Shown here piece after piece: positions 54,366 through 64,000 of a stretch of 64,000 bases of DNA; position 1 is the first letter of the stretch; every line of letters starts with the position of its first letter. Both the position numbers and the translations under genes were made by a program. A model generated the notes under the pieces. The model saw nothing but the letters and a program-made list of their open reading frames with translations. It was not told the DNA's origin and made no database searches. This DNA is from Dehalococcoidia bacterium (GTDB taxonomy: Bacteria > Chloroflexota > Dehalococcoidia > Lucifugimonadales > UBA3495), in NCBI GenBank assembly GCA_034428635.1, contig DAOUHR010000085.1, forward strand, positions 905 to 64,904, given 5' to 3'.

Positions 54366-54920
54366 CTAAATCGGCAGCACCGCCTCTGTCCGTTGTTCCG
54401 GCAAATCTATCAGGAAGGTATTGGCATTGAAGGCCAGCAGGGCGTAGTAGCCGAAAAGGGTGCAGAGCTCGGTCAGGCCCTGGGCGCCGTACTGTTCGTG
54501 GGCCGCCTGGAATGTGGCATCGCTAACCTTGCGAGTGCTGAAGAATTCCAGACCCAGGTTGACCACTGCCTGCTCATCAGCAGCCAATTCGGGCAGAGGC
54601 TGTCCGTCCCGCAGGGCATCCACGAAGGCGTCAGGGATTCCCTCGCGGCGAGCGCCGGCAGCGTGGGCATTCCAAATGAACTGGCAGTCGTTGGCCCGGG
54701 CGGTGACGATCATGGCCAGTTCCTGGATGCGCTTGGGCAATGTGGACTCGTCGCGCAGGTAGTTTACCAGGCTGTTGGCCCGGCGGCGCATTTCGGGGCT
54801 GTTGATCATAGCGGAGCCGGGGCCGCTGGTAATAGTTCCTCCGCTGGCGGCGGTCTCGTGGTCAAAAGCCTCGCGCAGGTTTTCGGGCACCATGTCACGG
54901 GTGGTTGCAGGTGTTCGCAC
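54366..54920 (-). CDS. carboxymuconolactone decarboxylase (AhpD-like) family protein
   Basis: ELAMIVTARANDCQFIWNAH... is typical of the CMD/AhpD-like helical fold. 184 aa. Confidence 0.8.
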   Translation of the reverse strand: MRTPATTRDMVPENLREAFDHETAASGGTITSGPGSAMINSPEMRRRANSLVNYLRDESTLPKRIQELAMIVTARANDCQFIWNAHAAGARREGIPDAFVDALRDGQPLPELAADEQAVVNLGLEFFSTRKVSDATFQAAHEQYGAQGLTELCTLFGYYALLAFNANTFLIDLPEQRTEAVLPI

Positions 54921-55050
54921 CGGTGGGCCTCCTCAATTCACGAAGATGTACAGGGTTTACAGGATGATAGCGTTTTTCGAGGTCAGTTGATAGTAGCTGG
55001 CGTCAGCGCCATGGTAATTGGACCTGGAATTCCGGGGATTTTAGGGGCGG

Positions 55051-55977
55051 TCAGGACTCGGGCGGCACGAATGTGACATCCAGAGTCTCTCGCAGGATTT
55101 CCCCGCCCATGCAGATGGCGACCACGTCGATAACATTCCGCTCCGGCTGCAGGCTGATCGTAGTCGAGAAGATACCCAGCTGGTCCACGGGAAGGGCAAT
55201 GCCGTTGACCGACACCGTGGCATCCGACGCAGTGCGTCCCCAAAGTCGAACGGTAGGCTGGCCCACTGTCCTGTCCTGTTCATCGGGCTGGGTAATGGTC
55301 AAGAAGCAGGGCTCCAAAGGCAGATAGGTAACTGTGAGGGTCTTGCCCTGACGCTGACCGCCGGGATTGATGGCGAAGATGTCCAGGTTATTCACGCCGG
55401 GAGCCAGGGGAACGGAAAGCCGGAACCGTCCCTCCTCGCCGGCTGCTACGGCCCGTCCCCGCACACTGACCGACGCCCCCAGGCTGGTTATACCCTGGAT
55501 GGTTACCGATTCTTCCCGGATAATGCTGCGATCCAGGGGCGACTCGATGATGAGTATGGGCGGTTCCGGAGTCGGCGTGGGTGATGGCCCGGGTGTAGGC
55601 GTAGGTTCCGGTACCGGCGTGACGGTGGGAGTTGGCGTAAGTGTGGGCGTGGGGGTAGGTTCCCGCGTGGGCGCGGGTGTGGAAGTTGGCTCCGGCGTCA
55701 GTGTCGATGTTGGCGTGAGCGTGGGTTCGGGCGTGGGCGCCGGCGTCGGTGAAGGTACCGGAGTAAGTGTAGGTTCCGCGGTTGGCGCGGGCGACGGGAT
55801 GGGCGTTACCAGAGGAGGGGTTTCCGGCGGCGCAGCAGTAGGTGCGCCCGGCCGGTCTAACACCTGGACGCAACCCAGCAGCGCTATAAGGCACAGGCTG
55901 GCCACTTTCAGCAATCGAAAGAGAAGGGTATTAGTCCGGGTGGACCGGGGCCGGCCGCCGCTGGGATGGAAGGTCAT
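55051..55977 (-). CDS. putative lipoprotein with long Pro/Thr-rich linker and two Ig-like beta domains
   Basis: Internal ATG (55975-55977) overlaps the kinase stop (ATGA). Signal plus LLGC lipobox-like site, about 120 aa of PT-rich linker, then beta-rich repeats. Confidence 0.65.
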   Translation of the reverse strand: MTFHPSGGRPRSTRTNTLLFRLLKVASLCLIALLGCVQVLDRPGAPTAAPPETPPLVTPIPSPAPTAEPTLTPVPSPTPAPTPEPTLTPTSTLTPEPTSTPAPTREPTPTPTLTPTPTVTPVPEPTPTPGPSPTPTPEPPILIIESPLDRSIIREESVTIQGITSLGASVSVRGRAVAAGEEGRFRLSVPLAPGVNNLDIFAINPGGQRQGKTLTVTYLPLEPCFLTITQPDEQDRTVGQPTVRLWGRTASDATVSVNGIALPVDQLGIFSTTISLQPERNVIDVVAICMGGEILRETLDVTFVPPES

Positions 55978-57029
55978 GCCACAGGTTCCCCCGATTTCCG
56001 GCCCGGCCTGGTGTGGAGCGGCAGGGTTACCGTAAAGCAGGTGTGATGGTCCGGGTCCGGGTCGGTGATGCTCTCGACTGTCAGGTCGCCCCCATACCGG
56101 TTGGCGAGAGTATGAGCTATGAAAAGGCCCAGGCCGGAGGTGGTGCGCTCCTCGTGGCGCGCCACTTCCGGTGTCCATCCCCGGTCGAACAGGTAGGGCA
56201 GGTAACGGGCGGCGATGCCCGGACCGTCGTCCCAGACGCGGATGTGAAAGTTGTTATCATCCCTGGTCAACCCGATTTCGGCAAAGGACATGGCATACCG
56301 AACGGTGTTGTCCACCAGGTTGGTAACAATGTGCTCTATGGCTGAACTGTCGCTATAGACAATGCCAAAGTCGGTGGGTTCGGACCACCATACTATTTGC
56401 TTGCTGGCGTCGGCGGCCACGAGGCCGTAGCGGTCTACGATGCGGCGCACCACCTCCACAGGTTCTACGGCGTGCAGGCTGGCGCCGGTAATGGGCGTCT
56501 CCAGCTCAATCAGGACCTGCATATTGGACATCATCAGACGGAAACTGGGGGTTTGCTCCTCGATTTCGTCCAGCAGTTCCCGGACGGAGGGTGGAACTTC
56601 GGTCCCCATGGTCTGCAGCTGCTCGCGAATCTCTCGCTCCTTTCCAAGGATGCGGCGCAGGGGACGGCCCAGGTCGTGGTTGAAAAGGTCGAAATACTGC
56701 TGCGTAACCTGGGTCCAGCGCTCGGCGAAGCGGGTTTCCTCGTCGGCAGCCTGGCGCCGGGACCGAAGCAACTCGGAAACAAAGTAGGAAAGGGTGGTTA
56801 CGGCAAGGCCCAGGATGACCAGGGACGCACCCACGTAGGTAAGCGGTTCTATCCCCCAAATACGTGCGAACATGGCCTCGCCAACGAAGGGGGCCAGTAC
56901 CAGGCCAGCTGCACCCAGGACCAGAACCACACTTCCCAGCAATCGGAAGACGCCGCCGGGACCCACAGGGCGAAGCCAGGCACGGGGAAGGCTCCAAGAC
57001 AGGGAGTTCCTCAGGTTAGGTAACAGCAC
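55974..57029 (-). CDS. sensor histidine kinase (2 TM, HisKA-like, HATPase)
   Basis: H-box FNHDLGRPL. ATPase boxes NLVDNTVRYA, DDGPGI, SGLGLFIA. Confidence 0.82.
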   Translation of the reverse strand: MLLPNLRNSLSWSLPRAWLRPVGPGGVFRLLGSVVLVLGAAGLVLAPFVGEAMFARIWGIEPLTYVGASLVILGLAVTTLSYFVSELLRSRRQAADEETRFAERWTQVTQQYFDLFNHDLGRPLRRILGKEREIREQLQTMGTEVPPSVRELLDEIEEQTPSFRLMMSNMQVLIELETPITGASLHAVEPVEVVRRIVDRYGLVAADASKQIVWWSEPTDFGIVYSDSSAIEHIVTNLVDNTVRYAMSFAEIGLTRDDNNFHIRVWDDGPGIAARYLPYLFDRGWTPEVARHEERTTSGLGLFIAHTLANRYGGDLTVESITDPDPDHHTCFTVTLPLHTRPGRKSGEPVA

Positions 57030-57033
57030 GGTC

Positions 57034-57816
57034 TCACATTTGCGGGGGAGCCAGCCGGTAACCCCGGTCCCTTACGTTAACTATCAGGTCGTTGGCGCCC
57101 AGCTGTACCCCCAGAGCCTTGCCGACAGAAACCTTGATTTCGCGGATTCGCACTCGCAGGGAGGCGCGGGCTTCCTCGCCCTCCGAGTAGCGTTCCAGCC
57201 GGCTGAATGGCACAAGTTCGCCGGGGCTACGGTACCAGGCGGCGGCCAGTTCCCGAAAAATCTCGAACTTCATTCCGTGAATGTCGGTTACCGGGGACAT
57301 GACGTCGTCCCTCTCCTTGCGGGCGGATACCGTTTCCGCTCCCACGTCCACCAGCAAGTGGGCGCCAATGGGAATAAGCTCGGGACTGGAACCCATCAGG
57401 CGCCGCAGCCGCAACACCACCTCTTCGGGGCTGGCCAGTTTATCTATGAAATCTACGGGAGCATTCCAGCGCAGCGCGCCCCGTACAGCCGTATCCCTCG
57501 CCGGTCCCTGGGCGTACTGGGTGAACATCAGCACCGGCAGGGTAGGGTAATGTTCCACAATCTGGCGCAGAATCTCCAGACCCTTGAACTGGTCGTCCCG
57601 GTGCTCCCCCAGACGCACATCCAGCAGGACGCCGTCAGGACGTTCATCTTCAATGGCGTAAATGGCGGCAGTCTCAAATTCGTCGCCCACCAGCCACTGG
57701 GACTGGGGCTGGACTATGATGGTCTGCCAGCCTTCGTCCTGCAGACGCCGCTGCACCGCCTTGACGATGGCGGATTCCCATTCGTCGTCGATTATCAGTA
57801 TCTTGCTGTCCGGCAT
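57034..57816 (-). CDS. response regulator with C-terminal winged-helix DNA-binding domain
   Basis: Receiver KILIIDDE ... VLLDVRL ... and C-terminal ...NVRDRGYRL wHTH. Confidence 0.82.
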   Translation of the reverse strand: MPDSKILIIDDEWESAIVKAVQRRLQDEGWQTIIVQPQSQWLVGDEFETAAIYAIEDERPDGVLLDVRLGEHRDDQFKGLEILRQIVEHYPTLPVLMFTQYAQGPARDTAVRGALRWNAPVDFIDKLASPEEVVLRLRRLMGSSPELIPIGAHLLVDVGAETVSARKERDDVMSPVTDIHGMKFEIFRELAAAWYRSPGELVPFSRLERYSEGEEARASLRVRIREIKVSVGKALGVQLGANDLIVNVRDRGYRLAPPQM

Positions 57817-58390
57817 TTTCTTGCTTCCAGGTGAGTTGAATGCCCCGGCGACCAGTCTTAAGTAGTCGCCGCCCGGGCTTCACCGGGTAGATGTCCTGGA
57901 TCAGGATTTCATCCTCAAAGGTGCGAAGGTCTGAATTCAACACTCCCTGTATGTCGCCACTGGCATCAACCCGTGCCTTGATGCGGGGATTGGGACTATC
58001 CACGCACTCCACGGCGTCGGGGCCCCGCTGCACGTCCCATAAATCAGTAGCTCGGTCGCATTTAACGGTGAGGGTATGGGAATGACGATCTTCAAAGGCA
58101 GACGTTTCTTTCACGTTGTCGCTATTATGTGTACCCAAGATGTGGGAACCTACTGTTCGGGCTTCGGAAATCGGATAGTGCCGAGCAGTTCCAACTGCAA
58201 TGCGGCCATGTAACTGTGTTGGCCGCCAGGGTCTATGATATGCAGCCACCGCTCCCCAGGAGGCCTTATCAGCTGACCCTGAAAATCGTAGACCAACTAA
58301 TCTCTTTCGTTAATGATACCACGCACCTTGATGGGAAAGAATGTGCAGAACTTTCCAGCCAATCGCTAGTCGCCGGTGGAGTAACGGAAA

Positions 58391-58419
58391 GGCCCCCTCT
58401 CTACAGGAAAGAGGGGGCC
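58391..58419 (-). terminator. intrinsic terminator after rho
   Basis: 10-bp stem ggccccctct/agagggggcc. On the minus strand it is followed by tttccgtt. 32 nt downstream of the rho stop. Confidence 0.55.
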
Positions 58420-58450
58420 GCTTAAACCAACTTTGTGCTGGAGTTCTTGG

Positions 58451-59752
58451 TCAGGTCTCCTTGTTTAGGTTGTCCAGAAATTCCACGTTGTTGGCGTATT
58501 TGGAAAGCCGCTCCAGTACGCGCTCCGTGGCGTTGGTAGAGCCGTCGTTGGAGATGAGGGATATCATCCGGCGCAGCAGCCAGATCTGCTTCATGGTGTT
58601 CTCGTCGTACAGCAGTTCCTCCCGGCGGGTGCCGCTACGGACGATGTCGACAGCAGGGAAGAAGCGGCGGTCTGCCAGCTTCCGGTCCAGGTGCAGTTCC
58701 ATGTTGCCGGTGCCCTTGAATTCCTCGTAAATCACCTCGTCCATGCGGCTGCCCGTATCCACCAGGCAGGTGCCGATGATGGTCAGGCTGCCGCCTTCCT
58801 CGATGTTACGGGCGGCGCCGAAGAACTTCTTGGGCGGGTAAAGGGCGGCGGGATCGATGCCGCCGGAAAGGGTGCGCCCGCTGGTTGGCACTGCCAGATT
58901 GTAGGCGCGGGTCAGGCGGGTAACGCTGTCCAGCAGTATGATGACGTTCTGGCCGTTTTCTACCAGTCGCTTGGACCGCTCCAGTGCCAGCTCGGCCACC
59001 CGGCACTGTTCCTCCACCGATTCGTCGAAGGTGGAGGCAAAGACATCGCCATCAACAGCTCGGCGCATGTCGGTAACCTCTTCAGGGCGTTCACCGATCA
59101 GCACCACCATCAAGACCGCTTCGGGCATATTCATGGAGACGCTATGGGCGATCTGTTTCAGGATGGTTGTCTTCCCAGCCTTGGGCGGCGAGACGATCAA
59201 ACCTCGCTGGCCCAGGCCGATGGGAGCGAAGAGGTCAACCATCCGGGTGGAAAGGTTGACGCTATCGGTCTCCAGCACAACCTGGCGTTCCGGGAATATG
59301 GGGGTGAGGTATTCAAACTGAGCCCGGTACCGGGCGTGAACCTGGTCGGTTTCCAGCCCGTTGACCCTTTCAACCCGTACCAACCCGAAGTACCGCTCTC
59401 CTTCCTTGGGAGGGCGCACCTGGCCCGTTACGGTGTCGCCCGTGCGGAGGCCGAACCGGCGAATTTGCGACTGTGAAATATAGACGTCGCCCGTGGCCGG
59501 CAGGTAGTTGATCTGGCGGAGGAAGCCGTATCCTTCATCCATTATCTCCAGGATGCCGGAGGAAAGCAGGGCCTGCTGGGAAGATACAGCGTGCAGCATC
59601 CGGTTGAGGACGTCTTCCCGGCGCACCGCGGCCAGGGCGGCGCCGTCTTCCAGGCCGTAATCTTCGGCTAAGTCCAGCAATTGCTCCTTGGTCATAGCCC
59701 CCAGTTCGGCCACGTCCATCATCCTGGGCTTGAAAGTAGTTGTCATCATCAC
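58451..59752 (-). CDS. rho: transcription termination factor Rho
   Basis: N-terminal RNA-binding domain ([14 protein letters not shown]), Walker [10 protein letters not shown], and Q/R loops. The start may be one of the downstream Mets (MMDVAEL...). Confidence 0.95.
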   Translation of the reverse strand: MMMTTTFKPRMMDVAELGAMTKEQLLDLAEDYGLEDGAALAAVRREDVLNRMLHAVSSQQALLSSGILEIMDEGYGFLRQINYLPATGDVYISQSQIRRFGLRTGDTVTGQVRPPKEGERYFGLVRVERVNGLETDQVHARYRAQFEYLTPIFPERQVVLETDSVNLSTRMVDLFAPIGLGQRGLIVSPPKAGKTTILKQIAHSVSMNMPEAVLMVVLIGERPEEVTDMRRAVDGDVFASTFDESVEEQCRVAELALERSKRLVENGQNVIILLDSVTRLTRAYNLAVPTSGRTLSGGIDPAALYPPKKFFGAARNIEEGGSLTIIGTCLVDTGSRMDEVIYEEFKGTGNMELHLDRKLADRRFFPAVDIVRSGTRREELLYDENTMKQIWLLRRMISLISNDGSTNATERVLERLSKYANNVEFLDNLNKET

Positions 59753-60102
59753 CTCGATTTACTCTTGGGACCGGCCGCTGTGCGCTGTGCCGGTGGGCCG
59801 TTACCGACCCGAATTGGAAATAAGGGGGTACAACCCCGAACAGGGAAGCCTTCCAACTGTTAATTGGTCATTGGGACTGAGGTAGCCGGTGGGGGGATTC
59901 TCCCGCCCAACCTGCCTGCTGTTACGGGTCAACCATTCCAGTGCTGGACCTGATCGGAGAGGGGGAATCGCTGAATATGTCGAAATTTATAGAGAGCTAT
60001 GCTTCTTGAAGAAGGGCCTCGAAACTAAAGGTTAGGTAAACACATCAATTATCATTTGGCCATTGTGCATTCCATTATGTCAAGGCACCCGGCCACATTA
60101 TT

Positions 60103-60762
60103 TCAGGCGTTGCCCGCTTTTTCCCAGTCCTGCAGGAAGCGGGCGAGCCCTGCGTCGGTCAGGGGGTGCTGCACCATCTGTTTCAGGACGGGGTAGGGCA
60201 CGGTGGAAATATCCGCCCCTGCCTTCGCTGCCAGGGTACAGTGCAGGGCATGGCGGATGCTGGCTGCCATTACCATAGTGGGGATTTGGTACTCCCGGTA
60301 AATGGAAACGATGTCTTCCACCAGGGTCATACCTTCCTGGCCAATGTCGTCCAATCGGCCAATAAAGGGGCTGACCACGGTGGATCCGGCCTGAGCGCCC
60401 AGGATGGCCTGGTTCACCGAGAAGCACAGAGTCTGGTTAATCTTGATGCCGTCCCGCGCCAACGCAGATATTGCCTTGAATCCTTCGGCGGTACTGGGAA
60501 TCTTCACCCAGGGATTTGCGATCCACTCGGCAATATCGCGGCCCTCGGCGATCATGCCTTTCGCGTCGGTGCTGACTACTTCTACCGAAATGGGCCCGTC
60601 GACGATGTCGGCAATCTCTTCCACCGCTGCCCGGTAACCGGCTTTGCCGCCGATACCTTCCTTGGCAGCCAGGGACGGGTTGGTGGTGACGCCGGTGACG
60701 ATGCCCAGTTCGGCGCCCTCGCGTATTTCATCAATGTTCGCAGTATCCAGAAAAATCTTCAC
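60103..60762 (-). CDS. tal: transaldolase / fructose-6-phosphate aldolase (short type)
   Basis: MKIFLDTANIDEI, VTTNPSL and the Schiff-base Lys region WVKIPST. 219 aa. Confidence 0.92.
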   Translation of the reverse strand: MKIFLDTANIDEIREGAELGIVTGVTTNPSLAAKEGIGGKAGYRAAVEEIADIVDGPISVEVVSTDAKGMIAEGRDIAEWIANPWVKIPSTAEGFKAISALARDGIKINQTLCFSVNQAILGAQAGSTVVSPFIGRLDDIGQEGMTLVEDIVSIYREYQIPTMVMAASIRHALHCTLAAKAGADISTVPYPVLKQMVQHPLTDAGLARFLQDWEKAGNA

Positions 60763-60876
60763 GGCAACCCCGTCTTGCCTGGTTTGTCGGCAGTTGTTTC
60801 TATTCGTTGATTAAGAATCTTGTCCGGCATCCTACAGGCCAAAACCACCTGAAATGCAGTCTATTTCCATCCGGCC

Positions 60877-62517
60877 CTACCTGGTCTCCAAGGGAAAGGC
60901 TTGCTGGCTGCCCTCCCGTATCGTGCCAAGCGCCCGACGGACGAATTCGCAGAACAGGGGGTGGGGCCGGTTGGGCCGGGACTGAAACTCCGGATGGAAC
61001 TGTACTCCAACCATGAAGGGATGGTTAGCAACCTCGGCCGTCTCCACCAGCTTGCCGTCAGGTGAAAGGCCTCCCATGATCAAGCCGGATTCCTCCAGGC
61101 TTTCCCGGTAACGGTTGTTCACTTCAAACCGATGACGGTGCCGTTCCTGTATCTCTTCCTTTCCGTAGGCGAATGACGTCAGCGTATCCTTCTGGGGATG
61201 ACAGGGATAGCCTCCCAGGCGCATGGTGCCGCCCATGTCAGTAACGGCTGCCTGCTCCGGCATGATGTGGATTACCGGGTAGGGCGTTTCCGGGTCCAGT
61301 TCCGACGAATTGGCTCCCTCGAATCCCAGGATGTGCCGGGCCCAGTCAATTACCATCACCTGCATGCCCAGGCAAAGGCCCAGGTAAGGAATGTTGTTCT
61401 TCCGGGCGTACTGCACCGTGTCGATCATACCCTCGACGCCTCTGGGCCCGAAGCCCCCGGGCACAACTATGCCTTGCACGCCTTCCAGATAGGCTTCCGG
61501 ACCGTTTCGCTCAACATCCTCCGAGTGCACCCACTTGATATCCACTTCATGGTCGTGGGCCGTGCCGGCGTGGCGCAGGGCCTCCCGCACGGAAAGGTAA
61601 GAATCGGGATATTCCACGTATTTGCCGACGATGGCTATGGGGAGCCTTCCCTTGGGCCGGCTCATGCGCTCCACCATCTGGGACCATTCCGTAAGGTCTC
61701 GCTGCTGCCCTTCCAGGAGCAGCAGATCCAATATAAACTCGCCCAGCCCGGCCCGTTCCAGGATCAGGGGCACCTCGTAGACATTGTCCACCGTCTGCAG
61801 GGGTATGACCGCTTCCCCGTCCACGTCGCAGAAGAGGGACAGCTTCTCGCGGATGGAGTTGGAGATGGCCACGTCGCTGCGGCAGATCAGGGCGTCGGGC
61901 TGGATACCAATGCTGCGCAACTCCTTGACACTGTGCTGGGTGGGCTTGGTCTTCAACTCGTCGGCCCCCGTGATAAAGGGCAGCAAGGTCAGATGAACGT
62001 AGCAAACATTGTTTCGGCCCACGTCCTTGCGCATCTGCCGGATGGCCTCCAGGAAGGGCAGACCCTCAATGTCGCCCACCGTACCGCCTACCTCCACCAC
62101 CAGCACATCCAACTCGGATTCCTCGGCCAGTTCGGTAAGGCGGGCCTTGATTTCGTTGGTAACGTGCGGCACCGTTTGTATTGTTCCGCCCAGGAAGTCA
62201 CCCCGCCGTTCCTTGGCGATCAATGTCATGTAAACCTGGCCGGCGGTGAGGTTGGAGGAACGAGTAAGCTCCACATCAATGAACCGCTCGTAATGGCCCA
62301 GGTCCAGGTCTGTCTCCCCCCCGTCCTTGGTTACGAAGACCTCGCCATGCTGGTAGGGGGACATGGTACCCGGATCGACATTCAAATAGGGGTCCAACTT
62401 CACAACGGAAACGGAAAGCCCACGGCTCTTAAGGAGACGGCCTATGGAGGCAACGCAAATCCCCTTGCCGATGGAGCTTACGACTCCGCCTGTGACGAAA
62501 ATATACTTGGTGGTCAT
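60877..62517 (-). CDS. pyrG: CTP synthase
   Basis: [19 protein letters not shown], the GATase Cys in GLCLGMQ, and C-terminal HPEF. Confidence 0.97.
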   Translation of the reverse strand: MTTKYIFVTGGVVSSIGKGICVASIGRLLKSRGLSVSVVKLDPYLNVDPGTMSPYQHGEVFVTKDGGETDLDLGHYERFIDVELTRSSNLTAGQVYMTLIAKERRGDFLGGTIQTVPHVTNEIKARLTELAEESELDVLVVEVGGTVGDIEGLPFLEAIRQMRKDVGRNNVCYVHLTLLPFITGADELKTKPTQHSVKELRSIGIQPDALICRSDVAISNSIREKLSLFCDVDGEAVIPLQTVDNVYEVPLILERAGLGEFILDLLLLEGQQRDLTEWSQMVERMSRPKGRLPIAIVGKYVEYPDSYLSVREALRHAGTAHDHEVDIKWVHSEDVERNGPEAYLEGVQGIVVPGGFGPRGVEGMIDTVQYARKNNIPYLGLCLGMQVMVIDWARHILGFEGANSSELDPETPYPVIHIMPEQAAVTDMGGTMRLGGYPCHPQKDTLTSFAYGKEEIQERHRHRFEVNNRYRESLEESGLIMGGLSPDGKLVETAEVANHPFMVGVQFHPEFQSRPNRPHPLFCEFVRRALGTIREGSQQAFPLETR

Positions 62518-62634
62518 GCCTCAGCCATCAACCAGTTGAGAGGCGGAAAATAGGTCTGGAGAAAGTGCTGTCCAGGATCGGTAAGGGAGACGGCCCATGC
62601 CGGGGAGCTTTGCTGGTGGACTGTAGCCAGCCTG

Positions 62635-62664
62635 ATTATATTCAAGTAAATTTCGCTATGTCAA
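62635..62664 (-). promoter_or_regulatory. consensus sigma70-type promoter upstream of pyrG
   Basis: On the minus strand: TTGACA (62664-62659), 18 nt, TATAAT (62640-62635). It overlaps a direct repeat GCGAAATT(T)ACTTGA x2. About 110-nt 5' UTR. Confidence 0.5.
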
Positions 62665-62718
62665 GTAATTTCGCTTATTTGTACGTTACGGAACGCCGGA
62701 CTTCGGAAGCAAAAGCTG

Positions 62719-63501
62719 TCAGGTTTGGTGATTATCCGACACTTCCTCCTCTGTTTCCATGCCTGATTCCGCTGCCCTTTGCTGGGCGGCAGCCCAGTTC
62801 TGGAGCCAACGGCGATATTCGTCCAGGGCCGGCGGCGCCACGTAGAATACCTCGATGTCGGGGGAGAACTGGACCTGGTGCCGCTCGTTGATCAGCAGCA
62901 GGCCCGTTTCATCGGGCTGAAGGGTCTGGTCGATCCGGTTCCCTATGTGCTCGTAGCGGGCGCGAGTGCTTTCGGCCAGCCAGTCCTGGATGCGGGCGGC
63001 CACGCTGTCGTTGGTAAAGGGGATCATCAGGCAGCGTTGCAGGTCCAGGGTCTTGGTTATCAGGTCAATGTCTTCAGTGGCTTCCAGCGTGGCACCGGCA
63101 TGGCACCGAACCTGAATCATCGAGTGGGCGTGGCGGTAGGCCATCTGCAGGTAGTTCAGGCCGGGTTCGCCGCCTTCTACCAGGCTTTCGTGGTAAATAC
63201 GGTGCAGGCCGCCCAATCCCACGGCCAGGGCGTCTATCTGGGTCCGTACCTGGTCCCAAAACCGGTCGTAGATGGTCTGGCCGTCGGAAATTTCCCCATC
63301 TGCTCCGGCAGGAGGTACGAACATCAGGGGAACCAGCAACAATCGTCGCTTGCCCTGGAACCGATCGGCCGGCGGCCGCTCCACCCGGCCCAGTTCCTGG
63401 GCTGCCGGCTGCTCATCAGGCGTGTCCGCCGTCGATTCGCCGGCATTCTCGGGTTCGGCGATTTCTCCGCCGTTAACTTGCGCTTCTTCGTCCGGGGACA
63501 T
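62719..63501 (-). CDS. hypothetical protein (260 aa)
   Basis: Coding-like composition with an acidic N- and C-terminus. It starts 2 nt after the upstream S1-domain gene stop. No family recognised. Confidence 0.55.
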   Translation of the reverse strand: MSPDEEAQVNGGEIAEPENAGESTADTPDEQPAAQELGRVERPPADRFQGKRRLLLVPLMFVPPAGADGEISDGQTIYDRFWDQVRTQIDALAVGLGGLHRIYHESLVEGGEPGLNYLQMAYRHAHSMIQVRCHAGATLEATEDIDLITKTLDLQRCLMIPFTNDSVAARIQDWLAESTRARYEHIGNRIDQTLQPDETGLLLINERHQVQFSPDIEVFYVAPPALDEYRRWLQNWAAAQQRAAESGMETEEEVSDNHQT

Positions 63502-63503
63502 AG

Positions 63504-64000
63504 CTACATTCCGAAGGCCTTTTTGTAACTAAGGCTGATGCGACGCTTAACCGGGTCAATGTCCATGATCAACACGCGGACTTGCTGGTTGACGTACACG
63601 CACTCGCTGGGGTTCTTTACCTGGCGGGGAGACAGTTCGGAGATGTGGACCAGGCCCTCGACCCAGTCTTCCAGCCGCACAAATGCGCCGAAGTCGGCCA
63701 GGCGGGTAACGGTACCTTCGACAATGTCGCCCACGTTGTAGCGTTCCGGCAACGATTCCCAGGGTTCCGGCAACGTGCGCTTCAAGCTGAGGCTGATGCG
63801 CTTGGTCTCAGAGTCTACCTTCAGTATCTGGACCTCCAGTTCCTGCCCGACGCTGACCACCTCCTCTGGCCCCTTGATGCGGCTCCAGGACAGTTCGGAG
63901 ATGTGGACCAGGCCCTCGGCCTTGCCCAAATTGACGAATGCGCCGAAGCCCCGCAAGGAGGTTACCCTGCCGCTGACCCTGCTTCCCTCCTCCAAAGAGG
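63504..64000 (-). CDS. rpsA: 30S ribosomal protein S1 / S1-domain protein, C-terminal part (runs off window)
   Basis: Two S1 repeats (GRVTSLRGFGAFVNL...GLVHISEL and GTVTRLADFGAFVRL...GLVHISEL). The ORF is open at nt 64000. Confidence 0.85.
   Translation of the reverse strand, partial: SLEEGSRVSGRVTSLRGFGAFVNLGKAEGLVHISELSWSRIKGPEEVVSVGQELEVQILKVDSETKRISLSLKRTLPEPWESLPERYNVGDIVEGTVTRLADFGAFVRLEDWVEGLVHISELSPRQVKNPSECVYVNQQVRVLIMDIDPVKRRISLSYKKAFGM

Noticed and set aside
55560-55860. Repetitive ACC/CCG/GAG-rich DNA considered as a tandem repeat or diversity-generating template
   Set aside because: It is the coding sequence of the Pro/Thr-rich linker of the lipoprotein (minus strand). There is no second cognate repeat or RT nearby, so this is low-complexity coding rather than a DGR.
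1-64000. Stop-codon reassignment as an explanation for the in-frame TAA/TAG codons in the relE-like, zinc-ribbon and coiled-coil paralogue ORFs
   Set aside because: TAA, TAG and TGA all terminate well-conserved genes at the expected family C-termini: iscA and hemL with TAA, hemB with TAG, sirC with TGA. The standard code applies, and the interrupted ORFs are better read as decay.
1-64000. Search for rRNA, tRNA, tmRNA, transposase, integrase or reverse-transcriptase genes
   Set aside because: No T-loop-like GGTTCGAATCC-type motifs in intergenic gaps and no ORF with recombinase or RT motifs were seen. This is by-eye only; tRNAscan-SE and Infernal should confirm it.

Overview
High-GC bacterial chromosomal window, densely coding on both strands. 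Gene content and the repeat families suggest a Chloroflexota-like organism (inference only).

Backbone genes:
- IscA-type Fe-S carrier, Pcm, two luciferase-like (LLM) oxidoreductases and an ABC-2 exporter.
- An ~11-kb plus-strand tetrapyrrole cluster: fused AhbA/AhbB siroheme decarboxylase, sirC, hemA, hemC, cobA-hemD, hemB, hemL.
- Ni-superoxide dismutase, AI-2E transporter, ilvD, malic enzyme and TldD.
- Ferredoxin-type sulfite reductase plus a second HemD-like gene.
- Two two-component systems, ftsH-hflK-hflC, sucCD, moaB/mog and DUF1800/DUF1501/NHL genes.
- rho, transaldolase, pyrG and the 3' end of an S1-domain (rpsA-like) gene.

No rRNA, tRNA, CRISPR array, transposase or integrase was recognised.

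Accessory content:
- A relE-like toxin gene killed by an in-frame TAA, with an atypical upstream partner, inside the heme cluster.
- A hicAB pair whose hicA lacks a canonical start codon.
- A Swt1-type HEPN multidomain gene and a DUF3800 gene, both in AT-richer patches.
- A decayed tandem duplicate of a membrane coiled-coil gene.
- At least four families of short intergenic repeats: GTAG-hairpin REP-like units (including two 3-unit arrays flanking one ORF), a 103-nt element in two copies, 10-bp-phased CACGAAG elements that abut start codons, and ~95-nt palindromic elements.

Most notable: a near-leaderless 18-codon ORF with five alternating Cys codons, followed by an intrinsic terminator, sits directly upstream of the sulfite reductase gene. 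This is a candidate cysteine-sensing leader-peptide attenuator.
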